A stretch of 62,941 nucleotides of DNA, filler included, from Intoshia linei (Eukaryota > Animalia > Orthonectida), in the NCBI GenBank assembly GCA_001642005.1. It is 10 parts of 10 records of this genome, joined end to end, with 100 filler letters (N's around TTAATTAATTAA, not from the genome) between each part and the next. Parts side by side here need not be neighbours in the genome. Positions count along the whole stretch, not along the records: positions 49,520 to 55,882 come from LWCA01001679.1; positions 55,983 to 57,162 come from LWCA01002747.1; positions 57,263 to 58,632 come from LWCA01002648.1; positions 58,733 to 62,941 come from LWCA01001969.1; 6 more parts are not named here. One strand, written 5' to 3'. The notes beneath the pieces were generated by a model. It was not told where the DNA came from. It worked only from the letters and a program-made list of their open reading frames with translations, and ran no database searches. The position numbers and the translations under genes are program-made. This document shows, in pieces, positions 52,383 to 62,941 of the stretch; position 1 is the first letter of the stretch; each line of letters opens with the position of its first letter.

Positions 52383-55130
52383 ATATACATCGTATATATT
52401 ATAATAACTATAGTGTATTAATTATGTATATTATAATAGGATGTAATCCAATGATTATAATCGTAATATAAATAAACATGAACATTATAAATTCCCGTTT
52501 CATGTCTTAATTCTTCAGTGGACTCAATGAGTTGGATAAATCAGACACAGACACTTGAATTACAAATAATTACGCAAGAATAAATAACTTATACATGTAA
52601 TAAACTATTTATAAATAAGAATCAATGTACCACAATACAAGTATGTATATAATATATGTAATGTATATCCTTATTTTTAACTTATATATCAGGTGTACGC
52701 AATACCGCCTTTAGACCATTTTAATCTGGGCAGTAAGATTTTGCACTGATTTTGAATTTACGATTTGATATTAATTAATTCTTTTTCAAATTTTAAAAAA
52801 TTAATGAAACCTTACCATGATTTTTTAAAAAAGGAAATTGCGGAAAATGGTCACTGGACCAACTCAACTTATAATAATTTGGAAAAGATACTGCGCCGTC
52901 AACTCCTAATTTTAAATATATAAATAAATAAATATTTTTTATGTGTAATTCATCTCAATAGTTCCCACAAATTTGACCCGTCATTTGAAATTTTTTGTTG
53001 TTTGATACTCTTTATTGATGGCAATATTTTTTATGAATTTAATTATTTAAAATTCAGTAACTCATTGAAATTGAATGAATATTCAAAACATTGAATTAAA
53101 ATTTAATTGTCAATATTATATTTTTTAGCGTGTATAATTTAATTGTTAATATACAAATACACCTTGTTTCTTCTGTCATGTATGTGTAATACACATGATG
53201 CATGTCGAATTAACCCTATTAATTTATATAATTTTAGTATGTAAAAATAACTTGAAAATTAAAATTAATTATCACCTTAGAGCAGTGTTTTTGAACCGGC
53301 ACGCATAGCGAAAAATTAAAAACATTAAAAAGAGTATAATTTCACTTAAAGTCAGTTACATAAGATTTTTTTGTTTTAGTTTTTCCCAGTAAAATCTTAT
53401 AAAATAGTAATAATTTTCAGTGAGCATCCCACAGATATAAAATATTTATTATTTTCTTGTACGTCCAATGTAAAAAAGTTTGAGAAACACAGATTTTGTT
53501 TGTGACGTCAGGAAGGGCCGTTGAGATCCACCAGTAATCCGAGACAGATAATAAGTATAGGCCTAATAAAAATTTTTTTAAAAAGTGGGACCTCTACATT
53601 GCTTAATCGATCGTACATTATCTAAAAATTAAAATAACTAATTCGACTGTTAGTATCACATTTTATTATACGATAACTTTGATAAACTTAAGAAATTATC
53701 CAATATTACCTATTCATAAATTAAAAAGGTGGTAAATTTTAAATTAAAATTTATTTTAAATGTATACTATTCACAATTAATGTAAATTTTAGTGTTACGC
53801 GATAAATGTAAATTATAATTAATAAGGTTGCTTTTCCAATAGACCCGTGGTTCCCGATTCAAATAGTGTAGGGACCCCCATTTCAAAATATTTATTTTTT
53901 TGGGCCCCAATTGAAACATGAAATATAAAAGTTGGATTTTTGAAATAATACTGTAACGGTCATCTAAGTTTTGAGATAAATTCCAAACATCTGGCAACTC
54001 TATGATAAATATTTAAAATTCTCTAATAAAAATAAACAAACGTTGAAAAAAAATTTTATACTTAAACCCCAAGGGGTCCAGATACCCAATCGGAACCATT
54101 GCAATAGACAGTATATTAGACATAATTTCTGCAGTACAGTGCAAACTCTACGGCAAGTTTAATATTTTTGATTGTTTAATTTTTCTTTGATGTGATTATT
54201 TTATTCGAAAGAAAAGGATTTGACGAAAAATTATACATATTATGTTTCGGAAATATTTTCGATTCAAATTTGTTGCAAAAATAACTACATTCTTAAAAAA
54301 ACTATAAAATCTTAAAAACAATCAGATAAGATAAATAAACCAAAAACCGCCGAAAAATTTATTATTCTCTAAAATAGGCATAGCAATTTACCAAATCTTA
54401 TAAACCACCACAAAATAATTATTCTTAAAAAATAGTTGATATTCCCACAGATGGAAATTATCCCCAAAACATTTGGTAATTTTATAGTAAGTCTTTTTGT
54501 ACGATAGAAATTAGTCATTTAAATTACAATTGAAATTAAAATAAGCATCATGTTGAGTGATATTATAAATATAAACACTATATAAATTAAAATATAAAAA
54601 AGTGAATAAATTAAATCTGTATTCAAAATATATTTCGTAATTATTACCAACAAAATAGCTAAATCATAATTATAAAAAATTTGTAGCATGTATTTTATTC
54701 CTAAATTATATATCATAGTCAATGAATAATTACATAATAATAGTGTACAATGTACATTTTTTAAACGTTCCCCAATATAACATTTATATAAAATATTGGC
54801 GAGCCCTGATGTATACAGTAATTTGATCAAATTTATTTTATAATTTTAGCATGTAAAAATATATTAATCTGCAGTTATTCAGTGTTTCACAATTAAGGCA
54901 ATATTATCAAATTTTTTTTTTATTAAAACAACGTCTTTTTGTGTCATTAAAAAATTTTATCCAGTAAAACAAATTAAAAAATGGGTTAATATGCGAATAG
55001 TGCCGTTTCCATTAATATTATTACAATTATACATCAACTCTGTAGTGGTTGAATGATAGATAGAGGAATTAAAGCTGAAGTTCAATCGAAGCTTGTAGGT
55101 TTAAGTCCCGAATCTAACAAATAATGTTTA

Positions 55131-55882
55131 CAGTGCGCGACAGTATAAGGGGTAATCTATATAAAACCTTGTTAATTTAAATATTTTAACGGTCTAAATA
55201 AATTTTTCATTAGATAATATTAATATTTAGATAGCGCAAATACTTCTACCTCACTTAATTTACTTATTAACTATAAATTAAAATAATTAATTAATCTCAA
55301 TTGAAAATTTTGTAAAACTATGGAGATTATATTTATTTTTATAATTACCTTTACTTTTTATTGCATATTAACTCATTATGATTGAAAATAAGGAATATTT
55401 GGAAGGTGTAAGGATTTTGTTAAATCAAAAAGAGAAAACATTTTAACTTATGGTGAAAAATTGGATATTTTATTAATACAAGCGAAAATCAAATTAAATA
55501 ATTTGGAAATAAAAACAAAGTCCAGTCGTGGCAGAAAAGTCAATACTGTTAATCCAAATATTAGGACTGCATTTTTGTTGAATCGGAAATACAACATGGT
55601 TGTGGACACCTGGAAAACGTATTCTAGTGAACATCGTGTAAAAGTGGCAGAATCATGGAATAGACCAGATATGATTGGTTACCTAAGAAATTGTGGAGTG
55701 GAATTGATATTATCATTAAGAATTTTTTTAAGAGAAAGAAGAATAAATAAAACTAGAATCGTAGCTCGAGATGTCTTGATGATGTTTTTAGATAAAGGTT
55801 ATTTGAATTTTAACAGATTGAATGAAACTGAATTTTCTGCTAACTTAAGAAAAGTTCAAAGATTCCTGCAATACAATGGATA
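55131..55882 (+). mobile_element. IS630/Tc1-like DNA transposon 5' part
   Basis: TA|CAGTGCGCGACAG terminus, followed by ORF 55461 onward ending ...TRIVARDVL...NLRKVQRFLQYNG (HTH-like). Truncated by the gap before any DDE core. Confidence 0.55.
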
Positions 55883-55982
55883 NNNNNNNNNNNNNNNNNN
55901 NNNNNNNNNNNNNNNNNNNNNNNNNNTTAATTAATTAANNNNNNNNNNNNNNNNNNNNNNNNNNNNNNNNNNNNNNNNNNNN

Positions 55983-57022
55983 TTCTTTAAAGAAATTGTC
56001 ACAACATTAAAAGATCAACCATTCTCCCTTATTGTCGATGAATCAACGGATATATCGTGCGAAAAATACTTGTGTGTTATAAAATTTTACTCCCCCAAAT
56101 ATTGTAGAATTGTTTCTTTTTTTTTGGGATTAATTCATGTAACACGAACAGATGCTGATACACTATATGGCTTACTTATTAAATTTTTCCAAGATTTAAG
56201 GATAAAATATCAAAAATTGTTTTTTGCTTGCTACAGACAGAGCATCAAATTTGTGTGGTATTAACAATTCTTTATATACGAAATTGAAAGAAAATAATAC
56301 AAATCTAATTCTTCTAAAGTGCATTTGCCATTTTTTAAACTTGTGTTGTTTGCGAGCATTTGATGATCTTCCTATTGATATTGACAGTATAATACGAAAC
56401 ACATATAGCTTTTTCCACCGCTCCAGTTTAAGAACCAGTGAATATGCTAATTTATTTAAATTAGTCCATAGAAGATATCCTTACAAATTTATCCCAATTA
56501 GCACAAGGTGGCTAGTACGCGGAAAAGCCATAAATGTAATTATAACACAGTGGAGCACCTTAAAAGACTATTTTAAATTATGTATATCAAATCGTTCAAA
56601 CTTTTCAGTTGCTGAGAATCTTGTAAGCTTATACAATCACATGAATTTTGCGTATCTTTTATTCCTTAAGCCGATTCTTTTTGAATTCGATGAACGATTT
56701 CATGAACCGCAAGTTTTAATCTGAGAAAGCAGATGCTGTCTTGGATTGATTCACATACTTTGAAAAATAATCTTTTTATAATTTGTTAAAAAATTTACAT
56801 AATTTTAATAAATTTTCTAACGATAAGACTTATTTTAAAATTGATCTGAAATTCAGTTATGTTAATTCTTATCTACAGTGTAGATTCTACACATGAATCA
56901 TGTGACATGATCTGAATCAAATCATCTGATAAGAATTAAGATGAACATTGCCTAAAAAAATAAACATGTGTAAAATCTTCAAATTAACTGTGTAAAACAT
57001 TACACACTTTTTGGCAACTCTG
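55983..57022 (+). mobile_element. hAT transposase (ZNF862/ZBED-like) remnant with right terminus
   Basis: FSLIVDESTD, ATDRASNLCG, KCICHFLNL and STRWL motifs; frameshift near 56220; end motif TTGGCAACTCTG. Confidence 0.85.
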
Positions 57023-57658
57023 TGCCCTACTTATAATGTTAGCGTCTAAATTAATAGAAGTAGCATTTATTTGTATTATTATTGTAGTATATATAATTGT
57101 TTTGTCTAAACTTTAAGAACCATCTTTGAGTTTTTCGTATGTTGATAGCATCTTTGCCATAANNNNNNNNNNNNNNNNNNNNNNNNNNNNNNNNNNNNNN
57201 NNNNNNTTAATTAATTAANNNNNNNNNNNNNNNNNNNNNNNNNNNNNNNNNNNNNNNNNNNNAAAATTATCATAATATTGATGAATTTAAAACTTTTTAT
57301 TAGAATGTGTATTTTTATGGTTCTAGGATGGTTTAGATAGATCCGCGATACATTTTTATTGAAATATGGGTCCGCAGAGTTTTAAGTTTAAGAATCACTG
57401 ATATATAGTGTTACTCAATCTGAGAAACCTGTGCACCCAGACGCACTATTGTAATCCACTAAAATAACAGTACACAGTTTCCATTTTATGTAATGTTATA
57501 CTGTAGTATCATTGTATAATATTGTATGTTTTAACCAATTTCGGTATTCTTTCAACATATACGTATTGAAAACCACCAATATGGTGTAAATTTGACATAT
57601 GCCGAAAGTGATTGAAATCTATACATGATATGTATTAGTTTTAATGATGGATTTTTAG

Positions 57659-57907
57659 GATTTGGTACACCGATGCGAACCTATAATAATGCAATTGGAA
57701 CGTGAAGACAATGTTTTAGTAGTTACTCATCAAGCAATATCCCGTTGTATTTTTGCTTATTTTATGAACCAAGAAATTAACAAGATACCATACATAAATA
57801 TACCTTTACATACTATTATTAAATTAACTCCTTATGCTTATGGGTGTCATTATGAAACTATTCCATTCGACATTGAAGCAGTTGACACTCATTATCAATA
57901 TAAATAA
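57659..57907 (+). CDS. PFKFB: 6-phosphofructo-2-kinase/fructose-2,6-bisphosphatase, last exon only
   Basis: TTTTAG|DLVHRCEPIIMQLEREDNVLVVTHQAISRCIFAYF...IPYINIPLHTIIKLTPYAYGC...EAVDTH. Confidence 0.92.
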   Translation, partial: DLVHRCEPIIMQLEREDNVLVVTHQAISRCIFAYFMNQEINKIPYINIPLHTIIKLTPYAYGCHYETIPFDIEAVDTHYQYK

Positions 57908-58158
57908 AAAATATTATACTGAAATTCATTGTCACGCTATTGTAAAATTTATATTAATAAAATTAGACGCGTGAATTTAACTTTTGTAATAATATTATTT
58001 TTTTCGTAAAAAAGGAATGTTACATTTTATACGTCTTTAAAACTGTATATCTTTATAAAATAGCAAAATTAATTCATTGATATTTCACTTTTTAATAATA
58101 GAAATAATAATAAAAGTTTATATTAATATAATGGAGTAACTGTATCAAGACATAAAAA

Positions 58159-58193
58159 CCAATGTTCCCAAATTGAACAATTGAGGTTTCTAG
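58159..58193 (+). mobile_element. Helitron-like 3' terminus
   Basis: CCAATGTTCCCAAATTGAACAATTGAGGTTT-CTAG|T; same motif as 40874-40910 (reverse). Confidence 0.6.
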
Positions 58194-59746
58194 TAAGTTT
58201 TTATTATTACTAGTAATTTCATTTAGTATCAATCAATTTACTTAAAAAATAATTTTAATTTAAATAAATTGCATCCCCATGCAAAATAGGTTTTCTAATA
58301 AAAAAAATCAAAATTGGACACTCTACTTCATACATGTATGTATGAATTATACATTTTAGTCGAGATACCTATGTTCCCAAAATGAAATTTGATTAATTAA
58401 TTGATACGTCTTGATTGTTAAATTTAATTTTTAGGTCAGTTTTTTTGTTAAAATTTAAGTCAATAAAAAATTGCTTTAGTTACAACGAAAAGCTATATTT
58501 AAAAGAAATTAATGGACGTTTAAATTCAAGTCGATACATATAAATGTTAAAAAAATCGAATCTTAAACATATCGGTTCTACAATTAAATATTTTAACAAA
58601 ATAACGCACTAATACACGTCTTTAAAATATCCNNNNNNNNNNNNNNNNNNNNNNNNNNNNNNNNNNNNNNNNNNNNTTAATTAATTAANNNNNNNNNNNN
58701 NNNNNNNNNNNNNNNNNNNNNNNNNNNNNNNNGCTGTCAGCGTCACACCACACACAGAGAAAGGGCGTTTATTCATAGATAAACTTCGGGGTATGGGTAG
58801 CTGCTCCACCCTTCCACACAAATACGAAAATACATTCGAAGAAATTAAATCGACGATATTATTCCCGCTTCCTTGCTTTAATGGAAATACATTATAATCC
58901 CCCAGGAGATTTGTTGGTGACTTATTGTAGTTCAGTTTAAAACACATATTATGAGTGAAAATACTATTTTCGCATTTTTTCGTCATGTAAAACCGGTAAT
59001 AACCATGTAAAATAGTTTGAATAGTCTGACGTTTATTCAGTTCAAATTTTGTTCAGAATTTTGTAAAACTTTGATTAAAGCCTGCGGATCAAGCAGGTCA
59101 TTTTAGTTAATTTTAAAAACGACATAGTGAATATATTGCTTAAGAGCAACGAATTTTCATTACGCGCAATTAAAATTCAGATGTGTGTGGTACCCTAATG
59201 TACATGTATAATATAAATGTTTATATCTTAAATTCTTACTTAGTCAAAAGTCTATGGTATATAAAAAATAACGTTTCCTATGTTATCATGTTACGCAATT
59301 TTCGAAAATATTTAGAAGTGTTCTAAGAGATTATGAAGACTTGAACAACATCGCTTTAATTTGATTTATTTATTATTTACTTATGAATCATTTATTTTGT
59401 AAATCAAGATAATCATGAAATATTTAGTTGTTTAGAAGTGGGGCAATAGAATACAATAGTTTGTTAACTTGACGGATTTCAACATCCCTTATTATCGGCA
59501 TTTGCCCAATTTTAACATCAATTTATAACAATATGGAACCTTCTTGACAAATATCAAATTGGTCAGCTCAAAGTTGTAATGATATACTGACCTAGGGACC
59601 ATGATTTTTGATTGGATTATTTTTATTCAGATAACGAAATAAGACTTTGAATAGTCTTCGTCTATCTCAATTTTAATTTTATTGTATTTATTGACTACAA
59701 TTGTCCAACTCGATAATTACATGCTTATTATATACATTGTTTTTAG

Positions 59747-62123
59747 AATATAAAAACAGATTATGAATCTTTAATGGGAAAATCTTTGAAACAAATTGAT
59801 TTAATAGATTCAACTGATTTGATGGAAGTCGATATTCTAATATTGAAAGAGACTGAGATGTATAATATCCTACATATTATATTCATTGAATTTAGATCGA
59901 TGATAGATAGGAAGATAAGTAATACAAAACTTTTAAACAATTTAATGTTCGAGATTGATGAGAATTTGATAATTTTAAAAACTTTAAACGATTTTATCAA
60001 CAATCAATGTGTTCGCAACAATGAAACCAAAATTTTAATTGAAAACATAAATTCAAATTTGTCAATTGATGACCTCAACGAAAATAAAAGTATAATCAAA
60101 TTAGAGGTATACATCAAATGATTTGAATAATTATAAATAATTAATTAACGCAACAATATGTATACTTAATATTTCATACCTGGTAGAGTTCTGAATCAGA
60201 ACTTCTGATACAAGATCGGCAGTACGATAAGAAATTTGCGCTACAATTTTTATGGTGACGACTATATGAGAGTCGCAAAATTGGGATCGTGCAGACTCTG
60301 TTTTTTTGTTAATAAAGGAAGTGCCGTGTTGTTTTGTTATATTTTAAATATTATATATTTAATATAATTTTTTCAATTTTAGAAAATTAAAAATGAAGTA
60401 AACCTAAACACTGAAAATATTACGAAAAATATACAAAAACTGCATGGTTTAAAACATGTTTCTGAAAAAGAAAAACACCAGATTCTAATTAACTTGGAAA
60501 AAGTTAAATTTGAAAATTTTAATGCATTGCAAAAAAATGCTAGTGAAGCATTTGAAAAAATTGCGCAGTGCCACAATGAATACAACAAATGTAAAGAAAA
60601 TTTAAAAGAACGTGCTCAACAAAATTTTAAATCATTTAATAATGTAGCTAATGTTGAATATGACAACTTTAACGATTTTATTCTAACCATAAAGGTTTTT
60701 TTTAATAATGTCTATCTATAATAATTATAATTATAGAATATAAAAGATGAAAATGCAATATTGAAAACAAATTATATAGATTTAGGCGAACAGATTAAAA
60801 ATTTTGGTAATCTGCCAAGTATTTTAAATTTCTATGAGATTGACTTACAAGGTATTATTTATGTGAATTTATATATTATTTATACTACCATGTCTGTTTG
60901 GTATAGCGTACGGTGGTTGCTTTTACTGAGATTTTCTTTAAATATTTTATAATAATTCCAATATCTTTAAAAGCGAGAATTTTGTAGCGTAAATTCCAAA
61001 TAAAAATTATATAACCATAACTTGCGAAATTTAACAATTAAATTACACCAAACAATAAAAATTTTTTACTTATGTAAAATTGAATGTCTGTGTCTGTGTG
61101 TTACCGTATATTTAAAATATTGACAGTCATAGAATTTAAATAAACCCAATTTCTAATACAGTTTTTCCCAGAAAATGTTGATATCTATTTTTCAGTTTCC
61201 GAATTTGAATCGATCAGAGTCAAAAACTCAATTTGCCATTTTGTTTAAAAATAAAATCTAATTTACACTTTTTTTAACATAAAGGGTAATTTCATGTTTT
61301 GATAGTGAAGGTGCAACTTTTTGAATTTCAAATTTATTTTAATTTTTTCACTGGAAAAAACTCACTTGGAATTTTTGTTTTCGAAATTTCTGGGACTTTA
61401 ATTTTCTAAATAAATTGTTACAGACAACAGACCGTTTTAGCAGATTGTATTTTATCCATGTAAGCATCTGTTAAACTCTAATTTTCTAAATATTTGTAAT
61501 TAAAATGTACATTAAATCTTTTTAGAAATAGAACAAAACATATTTACAAATAATTTAAACAAACACGACGATTTTATTGAAAAATTAGAAAAGAATTATC
61601 TTTCCAATTTTTCCAAGACATTTGATGAAATCAATAACATTGTATCATGTTCAATTGATAGAAACTGTGATACGGATGATATTATTGTGGTAACTTTATA
61701 AATATACATTTTAAGTTAAAGTATATATATTTATATATATTTATATATATTTATATTTTAACAGGATTTACTTGTATTGATAACATCAAAGTTAGCTGTG
61801 TTTTTTTTTGAGCAAACAACAGTTAGCTCTGCCGAAATCGTTTGATCTAAGTTATGTCTCTTCAGATGTCCTGTCGATGAAATTGTTCACTCTAATCATG
61901 AAGTCCCATTTGAAATAAAATTTTAATTTCGTGGTTAACCAAATTATTACATAATTATGTTTATAATTTATACTTTTAGCTGCAAAAGAAAAAATGGGAT
62001 AGCATAAATTTGGATATTTATTTAATGAATCAAATGCTTGGTGATTACGGTACCAATAATATATTTTTGCAAATATCCAGTTTTAAACCAATTAGCGAAA
62101 TAATTATGAAATATAACAAGTAA
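59747..62123 (+). CDS. Hypothetical multi-exon coiled-coil protein (5' end and last exon uncertain)
   Basis: AG/GT-flanked open exons at about 59747-60106, 60382-60694, 60738-60851, 61526-61690, 61765-61790 and 61980-62123. No family recognised. Confidence 0.55.
61067..61400 (+). mobile_element. Helitron-like repeat fragment in an intron
   Basis: TTACTTATGTAAAATTGAATGTCTGTGTCTGTGTGTTAC and GTCAAAAAC blocks similar to 27394-27570. Confidence 0.55.
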
Positions 62124-62178
62124 TAAATATTTTTTATATTTACTATATTAACAATAAATATCGATATTTCATAAATAG

Positions 62179-62805
62179 CATGGTTTCTTAACCTTTTTCT
62201 ATATGGCACCCCAAAAATTAAATATTTTAACTATGATAACTAGATGATACATGAAATTGGCTTAAATTTGAATTAGAAAAACCTTTCAACATAAAAAAAC
62301 ATTGCGGTTTGTTTGGCTTATCAATATAATATATTTTAGTGGATCCATAACGAATATAATCATCACTTCATTTTTTTTGACTTTTGTTAATATTTACATA
62401 TTTAAACTTTAATATTTTATATATTAATTCTTTCACTGTGTGTATTCTTACTATACACAGCAATTTCATATCACACATCTGTGTATTCTGATATACACAA
62501 CATAATTTTGAAAAACTTTATTCTTATATTTTCATACATTTTCTCATGGGTAATTTAAAAATAATAAAAGTTTTAATTAAAACATAAATTCCAGACGTGT
62601 GGTGATAGTACATATTATTGCATCAGACAGTGAAAGGGTTAATAAACAGAATTTGACATAAATGTATTTTTATTTTCGAAACTTCATTTAAGTTTAAATA
62701 ATACTATGTATAGCGGTAAAATGATTTTTATTCAAAAATTTTCTGGCACGCCAACTCTGGTTTGGCACCGACTGGGATGTCGGCAACCCAGGTTAAGAAC
62801 CCATG
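62179..62805. mobile_element. hAT-type MITE carrying a nested piggyBac-type MITE (62424-62642)
   Basis: Outer TIR CATGGTTTCTTAACCT / AGGTTAAGAACCCATG. Inner TTAA-TTCTTTCACTGTGTG ... CAGACAGTGAAAGGG-TTAA. Confidence 0.75.
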
Positions 62806-62941
62806 ATATACAATGAAACTTGTCTATAATGTAACTTGTTTTAATGGAATATTCATTTTAAAATTATATCCTATATAAGTGGTTCTTAACCCGTGTTCCG
62901 CGAAATTTAATTGGGGTTCCGTGAAATATAAATGCGATATT

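Noticed and set aside
55040-55120. tRNA-like sequence (GTAGGTTTAAGTCC)
   Set aside because: No consistent cloverleaf or acceptor stem.
58733-58990. Possible coding fragment after the last gap
   Set aside because: GC-richer, but no frame gave a recognisable motif; left unannotated.
60173-60308. U1/SL-like snRNA (ATACCTGG start, hairpins, Sm-like AATTTTTATGG, T-run)
   Set aside because: Lacks the U1 loop motifs. Its core is the reverse complement of 12414-12445 inside a MITE and it has TIR-like ends, so it is a repeat fragment.

Overview
This is very AT-rich eukaryotic (animal) genomic DNA, not prokaryotic. Genes are split by many tiny GT-AG introns (about 30-50 nt), and CCDC40 plus afadin indicate a ciliated metazoan. 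The compact, divergent style resembles a reduced parasite such as the orthonectid Intoshia (inference only). The window is ten contigs joined by nine identical 100-bp artificial spacers (N44-TTAATTAATTAA-N44), so adjacency across gaps is unreliable. Host genes: a membrane-anchored START-domain protein, CCDC40, HMG-CoA reductase, V-ATPase c'' (ATP6V0B), partial afadin, partial Sec elongation factor (EEFSEC), WDR61, BCKDHA, a divergent CDK-like kinase, the last exon of PFKFB, and two unknown coiled-coil genes. The rest is dense with transposon relics: Ty3/Gypsy pol, Tigger/pogo, piggyBac, hAT and hATm-like transposases, an intron-containing rve integrase, an IS630/Tc1-like ORF, a multi-copy non-autonomous Helitron family, and many MITEs, some nested. 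Four observations stand out. (1) HMGCR lacks both the sterol-sensing domain and the AMPK-site serine. (2) An intron-bearing rve integrase lies behind a Tc1-type TA|CAGT terminus, a possible undescribed DNA transposon type. (3) A CMGC kinase has DFD instead of DFG. (4) A three-level nested inverted-repeat element is present. I found no clear multi-gene novel system. Exon boundaries were read by eye.
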